Positions 10,372 through 21,855 of a stretch of 64,000 bases of DNA are shown piece by piece. The stretch comes from a bacterium. GTDB taxonomy: Bacteria; UBA8248. The notes beneath the pieces were generated by a model, which ran no database searches, was not told the DNA's origin, and saw only the letters and a list, made by a program, of their open reading frames with translations. Positions within the stretch are counted from its first letter, which is position 1, and the number at the start of each line of letters is the position of its first letter. The translations under genes were made by a program, and so were the position numbers. Location of the stretch: NCBI GenBank assembly GCA_965200245.1, contig CBDATS010000004.1:704001-768000 (forward strand), written 5' to 3'.

Positions 10372-11652
10372 AAGTAATCGGGCGTGTTCGCAATACGGGT
10401 CTGGCGGTGCTCCAGTTCATTGCCACGGCCAGCCTGGACGAGAGTGATGGCCTCATCCAGACGGTCGATCCGGCACTCGAACGAGCGCATCAGTGCATAT
10501 GTCGAACTGGTGAGGCAGCGCTGGAACACGCTCATGGCAAGACGCGCGGCCGAGCGGTTCAGTATCCCCGCCCTGTTGCAGGTCTCGGCGATGTACTGCG
10601 TCGTCGCTTCGTAAAGTTCCCGTTCCTGCCGGTTCAGGGCGTAGTTCAGGGTATCGCAGCGGCGCTGGGGGGTAGAGAGGACGGCCGTCGAAGTGGACCA
10701 TCTCCTCCTTCGTCCGGCGGATGATATGGCGGCGGTGCTGCGCCTCCGGAAATGCCTCGAACGCATCGAAAGTGGTAAGGGCATCCGGCGCAAGCAGGCG
10801 CCACAGGCAGTAGTAGGGAAAGTCCCTGCCCATGTGGGGCGTCGCGGTCAGCAGCAGAATGTTCGGTGCGCCGACCAGCCAAGCCGCCACCGTTCCTCCT
10901 TCACGGGCAAACCGGCCAGCGCCTCGGCAAGGCGGTAGCGGTCGGTCTTGCGAATACAGAAATCTCGCTCGCGGTCGGCAACCAGCTTGTGGGCTTTGTC
11001 GAACACCACGAGGTCGTAGGGGCGCGCGTCGCCCGAGGCCACCGCCTCGCGCATCCGTGCGACCATGCGCTTGCCGGAAAGGGTATCGAGGCTGACGATG
11101 AGGCGATCGGTCTCCGGCCCGATGAACGGGTTCCCCACACGGGCGTCGGCGCCGTGGACGATTCGGAATGAAAGACGGAACAGCGTGCGCATCTCACGCT
11201 CCCAGTTGCCGACCAGACCGGCCGGGGGGACGATGAGAACACGCGTCACGAGACGTCGCGAGAGCATTTCCCGGAGGTAGAGGCCCGTCATGACCGTCTT
11301 GCCCGCACCGGCATCGTCGGCGAGGAGAAACCGCAGCGGCGACTGGCGGAGCATGTGTTCATATACCGCGATGCGCTGGTGCGGCAGGGAGGTCGAGCGG
11401 GGGTGCAGACGGAATACCGGCTGGCTCGACCGGCAGAGTCGCCGCCTGGACGCCAGCCTCCAGGTCGACAATCCTTCGCCATGCCAGGCGCCCTGGTCTG
11501 GACTGGCCGTTCTCCCATCGGTTTACCGTCGCGAAAGAGAGACACCGATGCGTTCCGCCAGCTGCGTCTGAGTCAACCCGAGCCGTTCTCGCAGGCCTTT
11601 CACTCGAACTGGCTAGGCAGGCTTCGGGATTGTCGTTGAGCACCGAACGCAT
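10372..11652 (-). pseudogene. XRE-HTH + SNF2-family helicase, frameshifted and truncated
   Basis: SFATVNRWENGQSRP (XRE HTH); LPHQ..RFLLADDAGAGKT; VFDKAHKL (DEAH degenerate); LLLTATPHMG; several frameshifts. Confidence 0.85.
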
Positions 11653-11779
11653 CGCTTCCCCTCGCAACGAATGATCGAAGGGAATATGTCGAAGCGCATG
11701 ATACGGGAAACGCTCTATCGCATTTGCAGTATCATCGTCATGGCTCACGGTTGCTCGACGATCAATGCCAAGGTGTTGA

Positions 11780-12298
11780 GGAAGCTTTTGGTTGGCCGCA
11801 CCAAAAGGGGGGAACAAGGTATCCAAATGATGAGATGAGTTTCAGGCAAACGATAGCGCCAGGAAAAAGAACGAATCGCGGATTCACGGCGATTATCAAT
11901 CACCATTCAAACAGGGTCGAAAGTCATTCGACCATTCTTCCGTTAATAAAAGGGAGCATTTGGAGTGGCTGGATAATGTTGAAAGTTGCATCGGATCAGG
12001 AGAATTGGACCCACAGCCTTATTGGGGATTTGATGATTTGTTTCACAAAGCGGGGGTCAAGCTCCCGAAGACAGTCTATGCGATTGCGAGAAGAAAGAGA
12101 ATCACAAAAATAGAGGAGTTTCATTATGTCAGGTTCCTGATGCTGGAGAATCTCACCTTGGATTTGTTTCTGGGTGCTATGGATAACGGTGACATTTTTA
12201 TTGATTTCGACGCAAGGACAGGCCACAACCACGGGACGAAATTTCGCCTCAAGCGAAAAACGTACCCCCGCCGATACCAGACCATCGAGGAATTGTAA
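11780..12298 (+). pseudogene. MvaI/BcnI-family restriction endonuclease, C-terminal remnant
   Basis: GWPHQ...EMSFRQTI...NRGF then frameshift GELDPQPYWGFDDLFHKAG...IDFDARTGHNHGTKFRL. Confidence 0.8.
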
Positions 12299-12427
12299 GA
12301 GGGAATTCAGGTTATCTCCTTTCACCAACTTAGGTCTCACCTGGCCCATCAGATGTAACTTCGCCGTTTTCTCATCCCTTTCGGATTCTGTAGGCCAAAT
12401 TCCAAGCCGCCCTTTCATTTTCCTGTT

Positions 12428-13261
12428 TTGTTAATGACCAAGGAAAAAGTAAGCCCATATAAAACAGGTTTTGACAAGGGCAATGCCTATTGGATGACGA
12501 GGCTCGCATCAGAAGTTTATACAAAAGTCAGTGAAGATAATGAAAAACCGGATGAAGATAGAATACTCGCGTCTCTGAAAACAGATGATGATGGGTTTCA
12601 GTCAATTGCAGGAGTAGACAAGAACAGCGCGCAAGCCGCATTGATAGAACATGACGAATATCTATGCATGGCATTCAGAGGCACGGATGAACTCGCTGAC
12701 TGGCTTGATAATATTAATGTGTTTCGTAAAGAAGTCCTGTTTGGTGAGTTTCATAGAGGATTTTGGGCATCTGTCGAAGACGTTTGGGATGATCTTTGTT
12801 TAAGATATGAAGAGCTCAGGCAGGTAGCAAGAAGGCCATTGTTTTTTACCGGGCACAGCCTTGGGGGAGCGATGGCAACGATAGCCGCGGCGCGATTTTC
12901 ACATGATGACCGCCTATTCACTGCCGTTTATACCTTCGGGCAACCCCGCGCCATGAATCGCGCCACTGCAAGAACATACAATGAGGAAATACGCAATAGG
13001 CATCATCGCTTTCAAAATAACGAAGATATTGTTACCAGGGTTCCTACCCGTATATCCGGGTATAGTCATGTTGGGACCTGTCGTTACATTGATAATGACG
13101 GGCATATACATAACGACCCGGGTTGGTGGAACAGGTTCCTCGATTTCTTTGAAGGCGCGGCAGAAACACTTCTGGAGAAGGGAAGTGTTGGTTTAATATC
13201 AGACCATGATGTGAACAAATATTTGAAGGCTATTGAGACCTGGGAATTAGGGGAGGATTAA
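12428..13261 (+). CDS. Lipase class 3 family protein
   Basis: AFRGT, HRGF, GHSLGGAMA nucleophile elbow, YTFGQPR, NEDIVTRVP, C-terminal DH. Confidence 0.9.
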   Translation: MLMTKEKVSPYKTGFDKGNAYWMTRLASEVYTKVSEDNEKPDEDRILASLKTDDDGFQSIAGVDKNSAQAALIEHDEYLCMAFRGTDELADWLDNINVFRKEVLFGEFHRGFWASVEDVWDDLCLRYEELRQVARRPLFFTGHSLGGAMATIAAARFSHDDRLFTAVYTFGQPRAMNRATARTYNEEIRNRHHRFQNNEDIVTRVPTRISGYSHVGTCRYIDNDGHIHNDPGWWNRFLDFFEGAAETLLEKGSVGLISDHDVNKYLKAIETWELGED

Positions 13262-14588
13262 TAACTGGAGTTGGTTCTATTAACAGGTCGATTGTTTTTA
13301 TATGCCTACTCGAACCTCCACTACAGAGCAAATGTTTGCGGTCAACCAGAAATTCCCTGAGTTCGATTAGCCTGTTATAGATGTCTTCCGGGATATTTAT
13401 TGTCGGCATTGACTGGCTCTCCTTATTCTTGGTGTTCCATCCATTTTTCAACTACATCTAACTGTTTATCCACAGCCGCGTCTTCTGCAAAGGTCGCTGA
13501 TATTTTGTCAACTTTGCTTAATTAGTCCCAAGCTTTTCCTTATCGCCTGTATCCACGAAAACTGGATTCGACTCGGACGAATCGTCGCCCGGCCAGCTTG
13601 TTTTCATCCAGGTATCGGGCGATTTCTCATATGTCTCTATCCGGTTGCCCGTGTCGGTGTTCCGTCATGGCGAGTTCATTCGGCTCAAACGGATCGGTCT
13701 GCATGATCCAGGTTCCGGCTTCGTTGACTGATTCGGTTCCGTACCATACGCAGCGTCATCGACATTGTTCTTATGGCAGTTATCCTGTTGACGAACCAAC
13801 CCGCAATATGTGACGTGTGAGGCTTGATGAAAGATTCGATCAGTTGAAAAACTGGTTCAGGAAAGTATCGGGAAATGAAAGGAAACACGGAATATATGAT
13901 CGAATTGTTGCGGTAGTTTGAGAAAAAAGAAGCGCTTTCCTCTCCATCGTCGGCAACCTGGCCGGCATGGTGGTGTTGGAACCTGCTGCAGGTTGCTTTC
14001 CGTTCATATTACCCGCGATTGTCTTATTGATCCATTTTCAGGGTTATCAGGAGACCGGCGCTACGCCTGCCGAACAATTCACTGTCAACCCATTTTCCAG
14101 GGCTGTGATTCACGCCCTTGTGGTTTTTCGGATCCTCTACGGACCTGTTTTCATCAGTGCATTTTGGGGACATTCCCGCAAACGTTCTTTCCGGTAAACC
14201 TGCGAATGGCTGCCTCGTGGACGATCCGGCGTATGAGCGCGGTCCGTCGAATGCCGATTCTCATCGCGCTGATGTTTTTTTCTCCCTTCGCTCCATCAGA
14301 GACGCAACGAAGGAGAATGTTCACTTGCCCCGTGTTCTCCCGCCCTGTGCCGAGTAGCGGCATCGGTTTCATCCGAGGCGCAGGCAGGGGGGTACGGGCG
14401 CAGATGTCGATAAGATGCAGGATGCCGTTTGAGTCGGCGAAAGGATGCCGAGGGCTATCGCCAATGCAGGGGATAGATAGAGCAGGGGAGCTGCCGCTTT
14501 TGGCCGCCTGCAAGTAGACCTCTTCTTGTTCGAATGGTCATGAATGGAGTGCCTCCCCTCTCCTGAAAGAAAAAAGGGACGGGAACGC

Positions 14589-14623
14589 AAAAAAGCGGGG
14601 AGCACACCGAAGCATGCTCCCCG
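14589..14623 (-). terminator. Intrinsic terminator of the lipoprotein gene
   Basis: Stem CGGGGAGCA (14596-14604)/TGCTCCCCG (14615-14623) followed by a T-tract on the minus strand, about 55 bp after the stop. Confidence 0.75.
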
Positions 14624-14677
14624 TCCATGGGATGTCGCGCTGCCGCGGTTTTCCTCCTGCTACGGAGTATCCATCAT

Positions 14678-16783
14678 CTACTGTTTCCGCGCACCGAATG
14701 CGCCGGCGATACCGAGTTGCTTACCACCAGACAAATCATCGACTTTCTGGAATTCGCCCACCACGACGGGGGGAGGCATATACTTGCCTGTGGGCCGCAT
14801 CTCCCCATTTACATCCATCATTTTCGCCATACCCATCCCGAAGAACCGAGCTGCCTTCAAAGCACCCCCAGCCTTCGGGTCGATTGATCTACTCCCGATA
14901 GCGCCCTCCAACATCACTTCCATATCGGCATCCGGCTTCATGCTTTCTCCTGCAGGCACGCTGGGCATGAAGTCAAATCCCATCACTTTCCCGGAGACCG
15001 TCATGCCCGGCACCCCATCACTTGTCTCCATACTACCGAAATTAGCAGTCAACTCCACATCCGCCGTGAACGTTCCGGAGGTCGCCTGTTCAACCTCAGT
15101 CATAGCACCATCGGCCAACATATGCATCTTGTACGCATACACGCCCGCAGCGTTACCCTCATAGGTCGCGTCGCCCTCGATTTTATCGAAGAAAAATCGA
15201 TTGCTACTCGATCCTCCCGTCGGGTCAAGCCGGGAACCGGCGAACGTTTCGACAGAGGTATAATTTTCCACATAGCCATCTGGTTGATTCGTTCTCACCC
15301 AGAAACCGTAATAGTAGTAGTCCGTGTCCAGAACACCTACCATGTAATCGGGATCAGGGATGAAATGCCAACCTAGAAAATTGGCGCCCAGTTTTCCTGC
15401 AGCGTCGAAAGTAGCTTGACAACCAGCATCTCTCACGCACTCGAAGGTTCCCAGCACTTTGGTACCGGTGTAAGCTGTACTGTAGGTGTCATCAAATGTT
15501 CCGGGGACCGTATCGCCTTTAGCGAAATCGGCTCGTCTCGCATCTCCCCCAGTGGATAGGTCGGGGCTGAATCCTCCGATACGGGCGGGGTTGATAGTAC
15601 TGTGGATCGCACGGGCAGTTCCGCCTTGTGCAGTGCTAAAGTCTCGGCCGGTGACCTTTTTGTACGCCGTGCTGTGCGCCGTCATCTCAGGCTCGTCAAT
15701 GTCACTATGCAACACCAGGATTTCAACAGCGCTCGAAGCTGGTATAATCACTTCATTTTTGAAAGTGAACATGTTGGGGTTCCCGGGCACCGGTTTGAAG
15801 GCTCTTGCTGCTTTCGTGGTACTCCCAGGGTTGAGAAGTCTGGTGGCGCCGAGCATCGCAGGATCGTCATCCCTGCGCGAAATGGACAACTCGTAATCGC
15901 CACTATTATTCTCCAAGAACCGGCGTTCTCTACCTTCGGGGCCATTGGTATTGGCATTCATGATGGCCGTATACTTCAAACTGGCCGCAGCCGTCACCGC
16001 ATTCATCGCCGCCGTCCTGACTTTCATGGCAGCTTCATCTGCCTTGTCCGCCTCCGCCTCCGCCATATCCGCGTTAGCTTCGGCGTCCTCCAAATCCCTG
16101 TCAGTCATAACCATGGCAGGATCCACCATGTCCGCATATTCCGCCGCCTTGGTGTTGGCCATGGTCATCGCGTCACGGTCTGCCTTCATGGCGGCATTTA
16201 CATAGCCCATATACATACGGTCCGTCTCGTCCACGGCCATCTGCGCACGATCCTTGGCTGCCATCGCATCCGTCCCGGCTTGAGTTGCACCGGCCGTCAG
16301 CATTTCGTGCGCGCCTTCCACCTCGGCGACTTTCCCGTCCTCCGGATCAGTCAAACGAGCCAGCAACGCCACCGCATCGGCCGATCTTGCTTCTGCCTGG
16401 CTCTGATACATCTGGGCCATGGCCACATCTTCGGTGTCGTCCGCCAAGTCAGCCGCTGCCCTCGCCGCCCCCGCCGCTTCCTGCGCAAGATCATTCAATT
16501 CTTCCGCTGCGCCATAGGCTTCCGGTGCGGCACCCATCTTGCCCGCCAAGGCAGCGAATGCCACAGCAGCACTAGACGCTGCCGTCTCCGCCGCCGTAGC
16601 CGCCACCCCCGCCTGCTCCTGGGCCATCGTGAGCGCAGGGTCTACCCCAGCAGGAGGAGGAGGACCGCCGCTACCGCCACCACAACCGGCCAACGTCAGC
16701 GTTCCAAGTAGCACGAAAGCTGCCACGGCACCGGTCAACCCGGAAGTTCCCTTTCTGAATACAGCGAATAAACTAAACAGCAT
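14678..16783 (-). CDS. Large surface lipoprotein with Ala-rich stalk and TbpB-like C-terminal beta-barrel
   Basis: AGGAGG RBS before ATG 16783; lipobox LAGC followed by GGGSGG; Ala-rich helical stalk; ATYEGNAAGVY, FTADVELTANF, terminal AGAFGARKQ. Confidence 0.8.
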   Translation of the reverse strand: MLFSLFAVFRKGTSGLTGAVAAFVLLGTLTLAGCGGGSGGPPPPAGVDPALTMAQEQAGVAATAAETAASSAAVAFAALAGKMGAAPEAYGAAEELNDLAQEAAGAARAAADLADDTEDVAMAQMYQSQAEARSADAVALLARLTDPEDGKVAEVEGAHEMLTAGATQAGTDAMAAKDRAQMAVDETDRMYMGYVNAAMKADRDAMTMANTKAAEYADMVDPAMVMTDRDLEDAEANADMAEAEADKADEAAMKVRTAAMNAVTAAASLKYTAIMNANTNGPEGRERRFLENNSGDYELSISRRDDDPAMLGATRLLNPGSTTKAARAFKPVPGNPNMFTFKNEVIIPASSAVEILVLHSDIDEPEMTAHSTAYKKVTGRDFSTAQGGTARAIHSTINPARIGGFSPDLSTGGDARRADFAKGDTVPGTFDDTYSTAYTGTKVLGTFECVRDAGCQATFDAAGKLGANFLGWHFIPDPDYMVGVLDTDYYYYGFWVRTNQPDGYVENYTSVETFAGSRLDPTGGSSSNRFFFDKIEGDATYEGNAAGVYAYKMHMLADGAMTEVEQATSGTFTADVELTANFGSMETSDGVPGMTVSGKVMGFDFMPSVPAGESMKPDADMEVMLEGAIGSRSIDPKAGGALKAARFFGMGMAKMMDVNGEMRPTGKYMPPPVVVGEFQKVDDLSGGKQLGIAGAFGARKQ

Positions 16784-18761
16784 CGGATGATTCCTCCTCG
16801 ATAATCCGTGGGGGAGAAACCCTGTTCTGAGAGGGTCTCCAGTCAAACTCAAAATGTCTTCCCGTATTCCCTAAAATCATTCAGTCCAGATTTCAATTTC
16901 TCATTATTTCGGTCGGTTTGTCAAACCCCCTTCCCCGCCAACCTCCTTTCTCCTGAATTCCAGCCTGTTTCCTTCTCCGTGACAGGTCGGTTTCCGTATA
17001 TCTCCCGATCAATCACAATCCGCCCTGTTTGTGCGAAGAACGGAAAATACCGACCGAGAACGGGCAGCCTTCCAAGGTGATACTCTGTCTGCAGGTCAAT
17101 CTCTCTCACGCCCTACACCAGCCATCATGAGAAGCGGGCGTCGGGATTCCGCCACAATTCATCAACAAAAAGGGAAACTGCCGGGGCGGAAAAATTCTCA
17201 GGAAATATTCACACATGCAAATTAGACCCATGTCCACGGAAAAGTCAAGTGCTTTTGTGGGACGGGGGAACGATTCTGTTTTTCGCCCTTGCCGTGTCCT
17301 CCCGTCCAGGCCCCGTCCACTGATTCGCGGTTTCGCTGCAGGGCAACTTCCCCCTCCCGGTTCTTCGGAAAAGCGATCGATCCGGGCACCCCGCCGAGCC
17401 TGAAACAAGGCACGACACTGCCGATACCCGGACGTGCGATGTCCTCGCACATCATCCTGCCGGCCATGTTCCCCCTTTCCGTCGGACACGGGCGTGTTGA
17501 CAGCCACAACCCTGTCCTCGCGGGAATCTCTCCCCGGTCTGTTCCTCCTTCCCGTTTCCGGCTGGCCAGGAGGCCGTCCTTCAACTTATAAGAAACCACA
17601 CGGGACGCAGTTCGGCGGGGGCAAACCAGACCTGCCCATATTTGACTGACACGGATGCAGGAAAGATTCGTTCAGGTTCGCCGATGGCTGAATGGAACAG
17701 CTTCAATACGCCGAATCAACTGTCAATCGAGGCTGACCCTCCTATATGAGAATCAGAAGCCTGAAACCCGGATTGGGCGGCAGGTTGTGTGACCGGATCT
17801 GATTGGGCCATCACCATTGTGCCCGCATAGGGCGTGCCCCGGACATGGGGAGAAATCGACACCGCGAAAGGAAACAGGATCAGCCGGATGTACAATCATG
17901 AAACAGCCGAACTGCCGACTCCCTCTGAAACATTAACCCGAATGACCAAATCGCCGGAGTTCTTCCATCCATGGAGCATCATGCTCACTACCTGTCCATA
18001 AACGAATTTGACTATCGCCCGGACGACTCTTTTTTGCACGAAAACCCCCTGCCAGGACTAATCAACCCATTGTTCGGTGCGGCATTCAAAATGGTCGGTT
18101 CATCCGTTCCGGGATATCGTATCGTATCCCCGCATTCTGTAACCGTCATGAGAAGTTACGCAGCCCGGAAATGACATCAATAAGGCAGCGTGTCTGGACT
18201 CTTTCAATTTCACTGCGAACGGATTCATGCTCATGGTCACTCCAGTGTGCGCGTGAACAATGTGTTCCCCTGGTCTTATCTTCACTGCGATCAAGGTCTT
18301 TTCGTGGCGGATTCTGCAGGGAGATTCGGTGAGACCACCTGCCGGCCCGCTTGAACCGCGTCGTGGACCGGAGCCGACTTCGTGAGGAGGTGGTGGATTG
18401 GGATGGGCGGCATGAGCGTCGGCCGGGTCATCAGCACTGGGGAGAGCAGTGATTCGGGGAGAGATTCCCTCGCAAGGTGCGTCGGGATACGCAGGTGGAA
18501 GAGATTCACATGGATACCTTCTGGATTCGTACAGGGAGGGTCACAGGGGAGCGTCACGTGGATGAAGGGAAGGCGGAGGGCGTCGTGTGGCGCATAAACG
18601 ACGAAGGAGGATCGCACAGATACGGACGCGCGCGTGGCGATGCCGTGTACGCGGGCAAAACTCCTGTGCCCTGGCTGCGTCCGTGGACGTTTCATTCCCC
18701 GCACGCGTGTTTGCCGAAGACACACAGGAACAGAAAGAGGATTCTCTCGCGTGCTTATCCA

Positions 18762-18796
18762 GCAGCGGCGAGCCACCTCAAGTGGCTCGCCGCTGC
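18762..18796. repeat. Perfect 15-bp inverted repeat (hairpin)
   Basis: GCAGCGGCGAGCCAC-CTCAA-GTGGCTCGCCGCTGC. Confidence 0.85.
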
Positions 18797-19104
18797 CCTG
18801 GTTGCCGGATGATATACCTTGCTGAAAACTTCGGTCCGAGCAGATTTCAAAAATCCCGGACGACCTGAAAACCCTGATGTGTCGTCGTGCTGTCGGGCAA
18901 ACTGCCTGTTCGAGCGGCAATCCGGTATCTATTGCAACAGGGAATTACGGTCTTCTTGGCTGATTTCATATTCCGCAACGATACCTTCGCCAGGTTCTGT
19001 TGGAGTGAAATTAAAGCTGCAGGTAGACAGTGCCGAGTCAAGTGTACAAGCCTGAAATTACTCCTGCTTTCAGCTACGTCCGATTACAGAAACACTGGAA
19101 ATTA

Positions 19105-19323
19105 TCATCTCTTCTGCCGCAATTTGTTTCGAAAATTCTCAAGATGAACACTCTCCGAACCAGGTTTTTCTTCTTTTTCGCGAGAACTTTTCAGACTATT
19201 AAGTACAGACAAATGAGGCATCCGTTTCAACATTTGATCCATGAAACGCCGCTCATCTTGGGAAATACCGGCACTCGTTCTCTTGCCTGAATTTCGGGCT
19301 TCTGGTTTATGGATCCTCCTCAT
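19105..19323 (-). CDS. Small basic hypothetical protein
   Basis: ATG at 19323 after GGGAGAG, overlaps the end of the Ntn-hydrolase gene; MRRIHKPEARNSG... Confidence 0.4.
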   Translation of the reverse strand: MRRIHKPEARNSGKRTSAGISQDERRFMDQMLKRMPHLSVLNSLKSSREKEEKPGSESVHLENFRNKLRQKR

Positions 19324-20635
19324 TCTCTCTCCCCCAGTCGGTTGTATTTTGACGATACTTTTCAAAGTAGCGATGGTTTAGCTCCGCTTTGAAATAGTGC
19401 TTTCTGTTGATCCATATAAAACCATCGCCTTTGGAAATCACGGCGACATCAATTGGTTCTCCTACGGTCTCGGTTCCCAATGACAATTGTTTCTCGAAAG
19501 AACTTAAATTCACGAGTGTGGAGGCTACTTTCGCTAGCTCCTTAAGTGGCAGTGCCTTCACGACCTTTAATATACCGTCAAATCTTTTGAGACGCGACAA
19601 CTTGATCCTGTCATGAAATTCATCAGTTGCTTGTGTGCTCGCAGAGTTAACGAGATCGATTAGCTCTGCTTTTATCTCATCAGGGAGGCCTTCAATAGAT
19701 TTCAGGGCTTCCAGAGGAACTCCCCGGATAAGAGGTCCAGCTCTTTCAATTTCATCCAGGATTGGTTGATTAACTCCATATAGAAATCCATCTATAGTTT
19801 GCGTATCAGCAAAGGACTCAACGTAAGAAGGACACTCATCAGACACATTTTGCGAAACGGGTCCACTGAATTTAAGGATATTGCCATATATTCCGTGAAT
19901 AGTTATGTGTTGAACGACAGGGAAGTGCTCGCTTTGGCCAAATCCACCGATCACCAATCCAGTATATGTCTCAGGGATCGGAGAGTCTTTAAGAATAAAA
20001 AGCCGAGCAAGACGATATAGGAGTTGAATATCGTTAGAATCGATAGGCCAATCCGAGATCGTCTTCATAATTACACGATGGATTTCTCCAGACAATTTTG
20101 ATGTAAAGTCATTCACCAGTTCATCGCTGAATTCATTCGCGTCGTCGAGTGCCTCCCAGATAGCTACGCGGTTCTCAATAGCTTCGCGGATGATGGCGGC
20201 TCGCTTTTGCTCCCATGCTCCTTCTCCCGAGAGTTCTGATAACGGCACCAAATTAAGCAATTCACCCGCATCAAATATTACATTACGGCACTCAATTTCA
20301 AAATCATGACAGAAGTAATTTTCTTGAACGTTTTCTGGAAAGAGATTTTGGCTATTGCGAAGAAAACATATTAGTTCTCGGCCAAACCCTTCGAGTTCGT
20401 CGAAATTTCTGTTGCCAAGGTTTTTGCGAAACAACTTGATGATGGTCTCCCAGGGGACACCGAGGAGTGAGGCATCGTTGTAGACCATTATTCCCACTGG
20501 ATGGTATTCAGACAGCATGAAGAGTTTTGCGACGGAATCATGGTGCTTGTAGACGCCACCAGTATTGACAGTAACTACGCTGTCGGCTGCGAGTGCAATG
20601 CCCATGCGATTCATTACCACGACTTCGGATGTCAC
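19307..20635 (-). CDS. Ntn-hydrolase / proteasome beta-subunit-like protein with large helical insertion
   Basis: AGGAG RBS + GTG; (M)TSEVVVMNRMGIALAADS..AKLF N-terminus, LVIGGF, C-terminal TVGEPIDVAVISKGDG. Confidence 0.75.
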   Translation of the reverse strand: MTSEVVVMNRMGIALAADSVVTVNTGGVYKHHDSVAKLFMLSEYHPVGIMVYNDASLLGVPWETIIKLFRKNLGNRNFDELEGFGRELICFLRNSQNLFPENVQENYFCHDFEIECRNVIFDAGELLNLVPLSELSGEGAWEQKRAAIIREAIENRVAIWEALDDANEFSDELVNDFTSKLSGEIHRVIMKTISDWPIDSNDIQLLYRLARLFILKDSPIPETYTGLVIGGFGQSEHFPVVQHITIHGIYGNILKFSGPVSQNVSDECPSYVESFADTQTIDGFLYGVNQPILDEIERAGPLIRGVPLEALKSIEGLPDEIKAELIDLVNSASTQATDEFHDRIKLSRLKRFDGILKVVKALPLKELAKVASTLVNLSSFEKQLSLGTETVGEPIDVAVISKGDGFIWINRKHYFKAELNHRYFEKYRQNTTDWGRENEEDP

Positions 20636-20764
20636 AGGATTCTCCTGAAAAATGAAGATCTATGCCCAGGCGATGACAGGCCTAAGAATCCATCCATCGG
20701 TTGGGGGGCCTTGCCAATGATGTATAAGTGGCGGTCGATGGTTGATATAGAATTAGGTTTCATA

Positions 20765-20773
20765 ATTATACCA
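20765..20773 (-). promoter_or_regulatory. Extended -10 sigma70 promoter element upstream of the Ntn gene
   Basis: TGGTATAAT matches TGnTATAAT, about 130 bp before the start codon. Confidence 0.45.
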
Positions 20774-20777
20774 AACA

Positions 20778-21218
20778 TTAATCGTCTGTGTCTCTATTCT
20801 TGAGAATGCCAATACGAATAAGTCTGGCAATCAATGCATCAACTTCAGATTTGGTGGGTTCTTGCTTGGCAGAAAATGCCATTCGAACCTGCTGTGGCAG
20901 GCTGACCCGGCTAGCAACAAGAACTTCAAGTAGTTTCTTCCGTTCCTTTGGGTCGTCAGGAACAACTCGCGATGCAGACTCCGACTGTCCTTTCTCGAAG
21001 TCTAAAGACACATCCCCAGCAGGGGATGTTGAAGAAGAATCATCCATGCTTAGAAACGTGTGGATATTCGAATTAACTAGCGCGCGAATGTCTTCAATGT
21101 GCGAAAACAAGTTCGCATCCTCAGAGAGGATTTCGAAATCATCAAGTTTTAGGATTTCATTCTCAAGACCTGAAAGGAGTGCATCCAGGTGGTGTTGTTC
21201 TTTCAGTCTAGCGTTCAT
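20778..21218 (-). CDS. Sigma-factor-coupled hypothetical protein (putative anti-sigma)
   Basis: ATGA overlap with sigma gene; two helical regions joined by a Ser-rich linker; C-terminal RMAFSA...LIRIGIL. Confidence 0.6.
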   Translation of the reverse strand: MNARLKEQHHLDALLSGLENEILKLDDFEILSEDANLFSHIEDIRALVNSNIHTFLSMDDSSSTSPAGDVSLDFEKGQSESASRVVPDDPKERKKLLEVLVASRVSLPQQVRMAFSAKQEPTKSEVDALIARLIRIGILKNRDTDD

Positions 21219-21793
21219 TGGCTCATTCTCCTGTCCGCAAATTCCCGGGCAAGTTTCCGACGAATTCGCCTTTGAGTCGTAGCATATCGCTTGGAACTCA
21301 TTTGGGCTTTTTCTTGAATTTCGTTCGGTGATTCACCGACAGCCATACCAATAATGACGTGCATCGCTTCGGGATCCCCCTGAAAAACTTCCTCGATCTT
21401 CGCAAGAGCCTCGGTAGCGAGCATCTGCCGCTCAGGATTAGTGATTGGGTCGGGAGCACTCTCAAGGATGTGATGTTCAATGTCGTCGAAACGGGGCAAC
21501 TGGGCTTCCGAGAGAACCGGGGCATTGTTTTTACGACGCCAATGCTCGCTTGCGATACTCCGCATCGTTTCTCTTAAAAATACCACCATAGAGATATCTT
21601 TAGGCCAACGCCTTGTGCCGTCGAGTAGCCTGACAACCGCGTCGTGAAAAAGGTCTTGCCAGTCTAGATCGTTGAGTCCAATAATCCGAATATGAGCAAT
21701 ACGTTCTAGCCGTCTAATATCCGCATCAGTTAGATTGCGCAATGCGTGTGCAATTTCTTTCTGTGATGCTATTTTACGGTTAGAAACTACCAT
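21215..21793 (-). CDS. ECF-type RNA polymerase sigma factor (CapS-like)
   Basis: Region 2 WQDLFHDAVVRLLDGTRRWP...FLRETMRSIASEHWRR; region 4-like GESPNEI...YATTQRRIRRKL. Confidence 0.85.
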   Translation of the reverse strand: MVVSNRKIASQKEIAHALRNLTDADIRRLERIAHIRIIGLNDLDWQDLFHDAVVRLLDGTRRWPKDISMVVFLRETMRSIASEHWRRKNNAPVLSEAQLPRFDDIEHHILESAPDPITNPERQMLATEALAKIEEVFQGDPEAMHVIIGMAVGESPNEIQEKAQMSSKRYATTQRRIRRKLAREFADRRMSQ

Positions 21794-21825
21794 TCTCAGC
21801 CTCTTCGGAATTATCTCATCTTATA

Positions 21826-21855
21826 TATGCGGAGAAGTCGCACCCTTGCGGACAT
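21826..21855 (-). promoter_or_regulatory. Putative ECF promoter for the sigma operon
   Basis: Minus strand ATGTCCG (21855-21849)-N18-GCATA (21830-21826), 32 bp before the sigma ATG. Confidence 0.7.

Noticed and set aside
13598-14605. Overlapping short ORFs on both strands
   Set aside because: No RBS, motif or consistent strand; treated as non-coding or eroded sequence
16790-17650. Cobalamin riboswitch upstream of the lipoprotein
   Set aside because: Only isolated GGAAGG/AGACCTGCC-like words, on inconsistent strands and without the core structure
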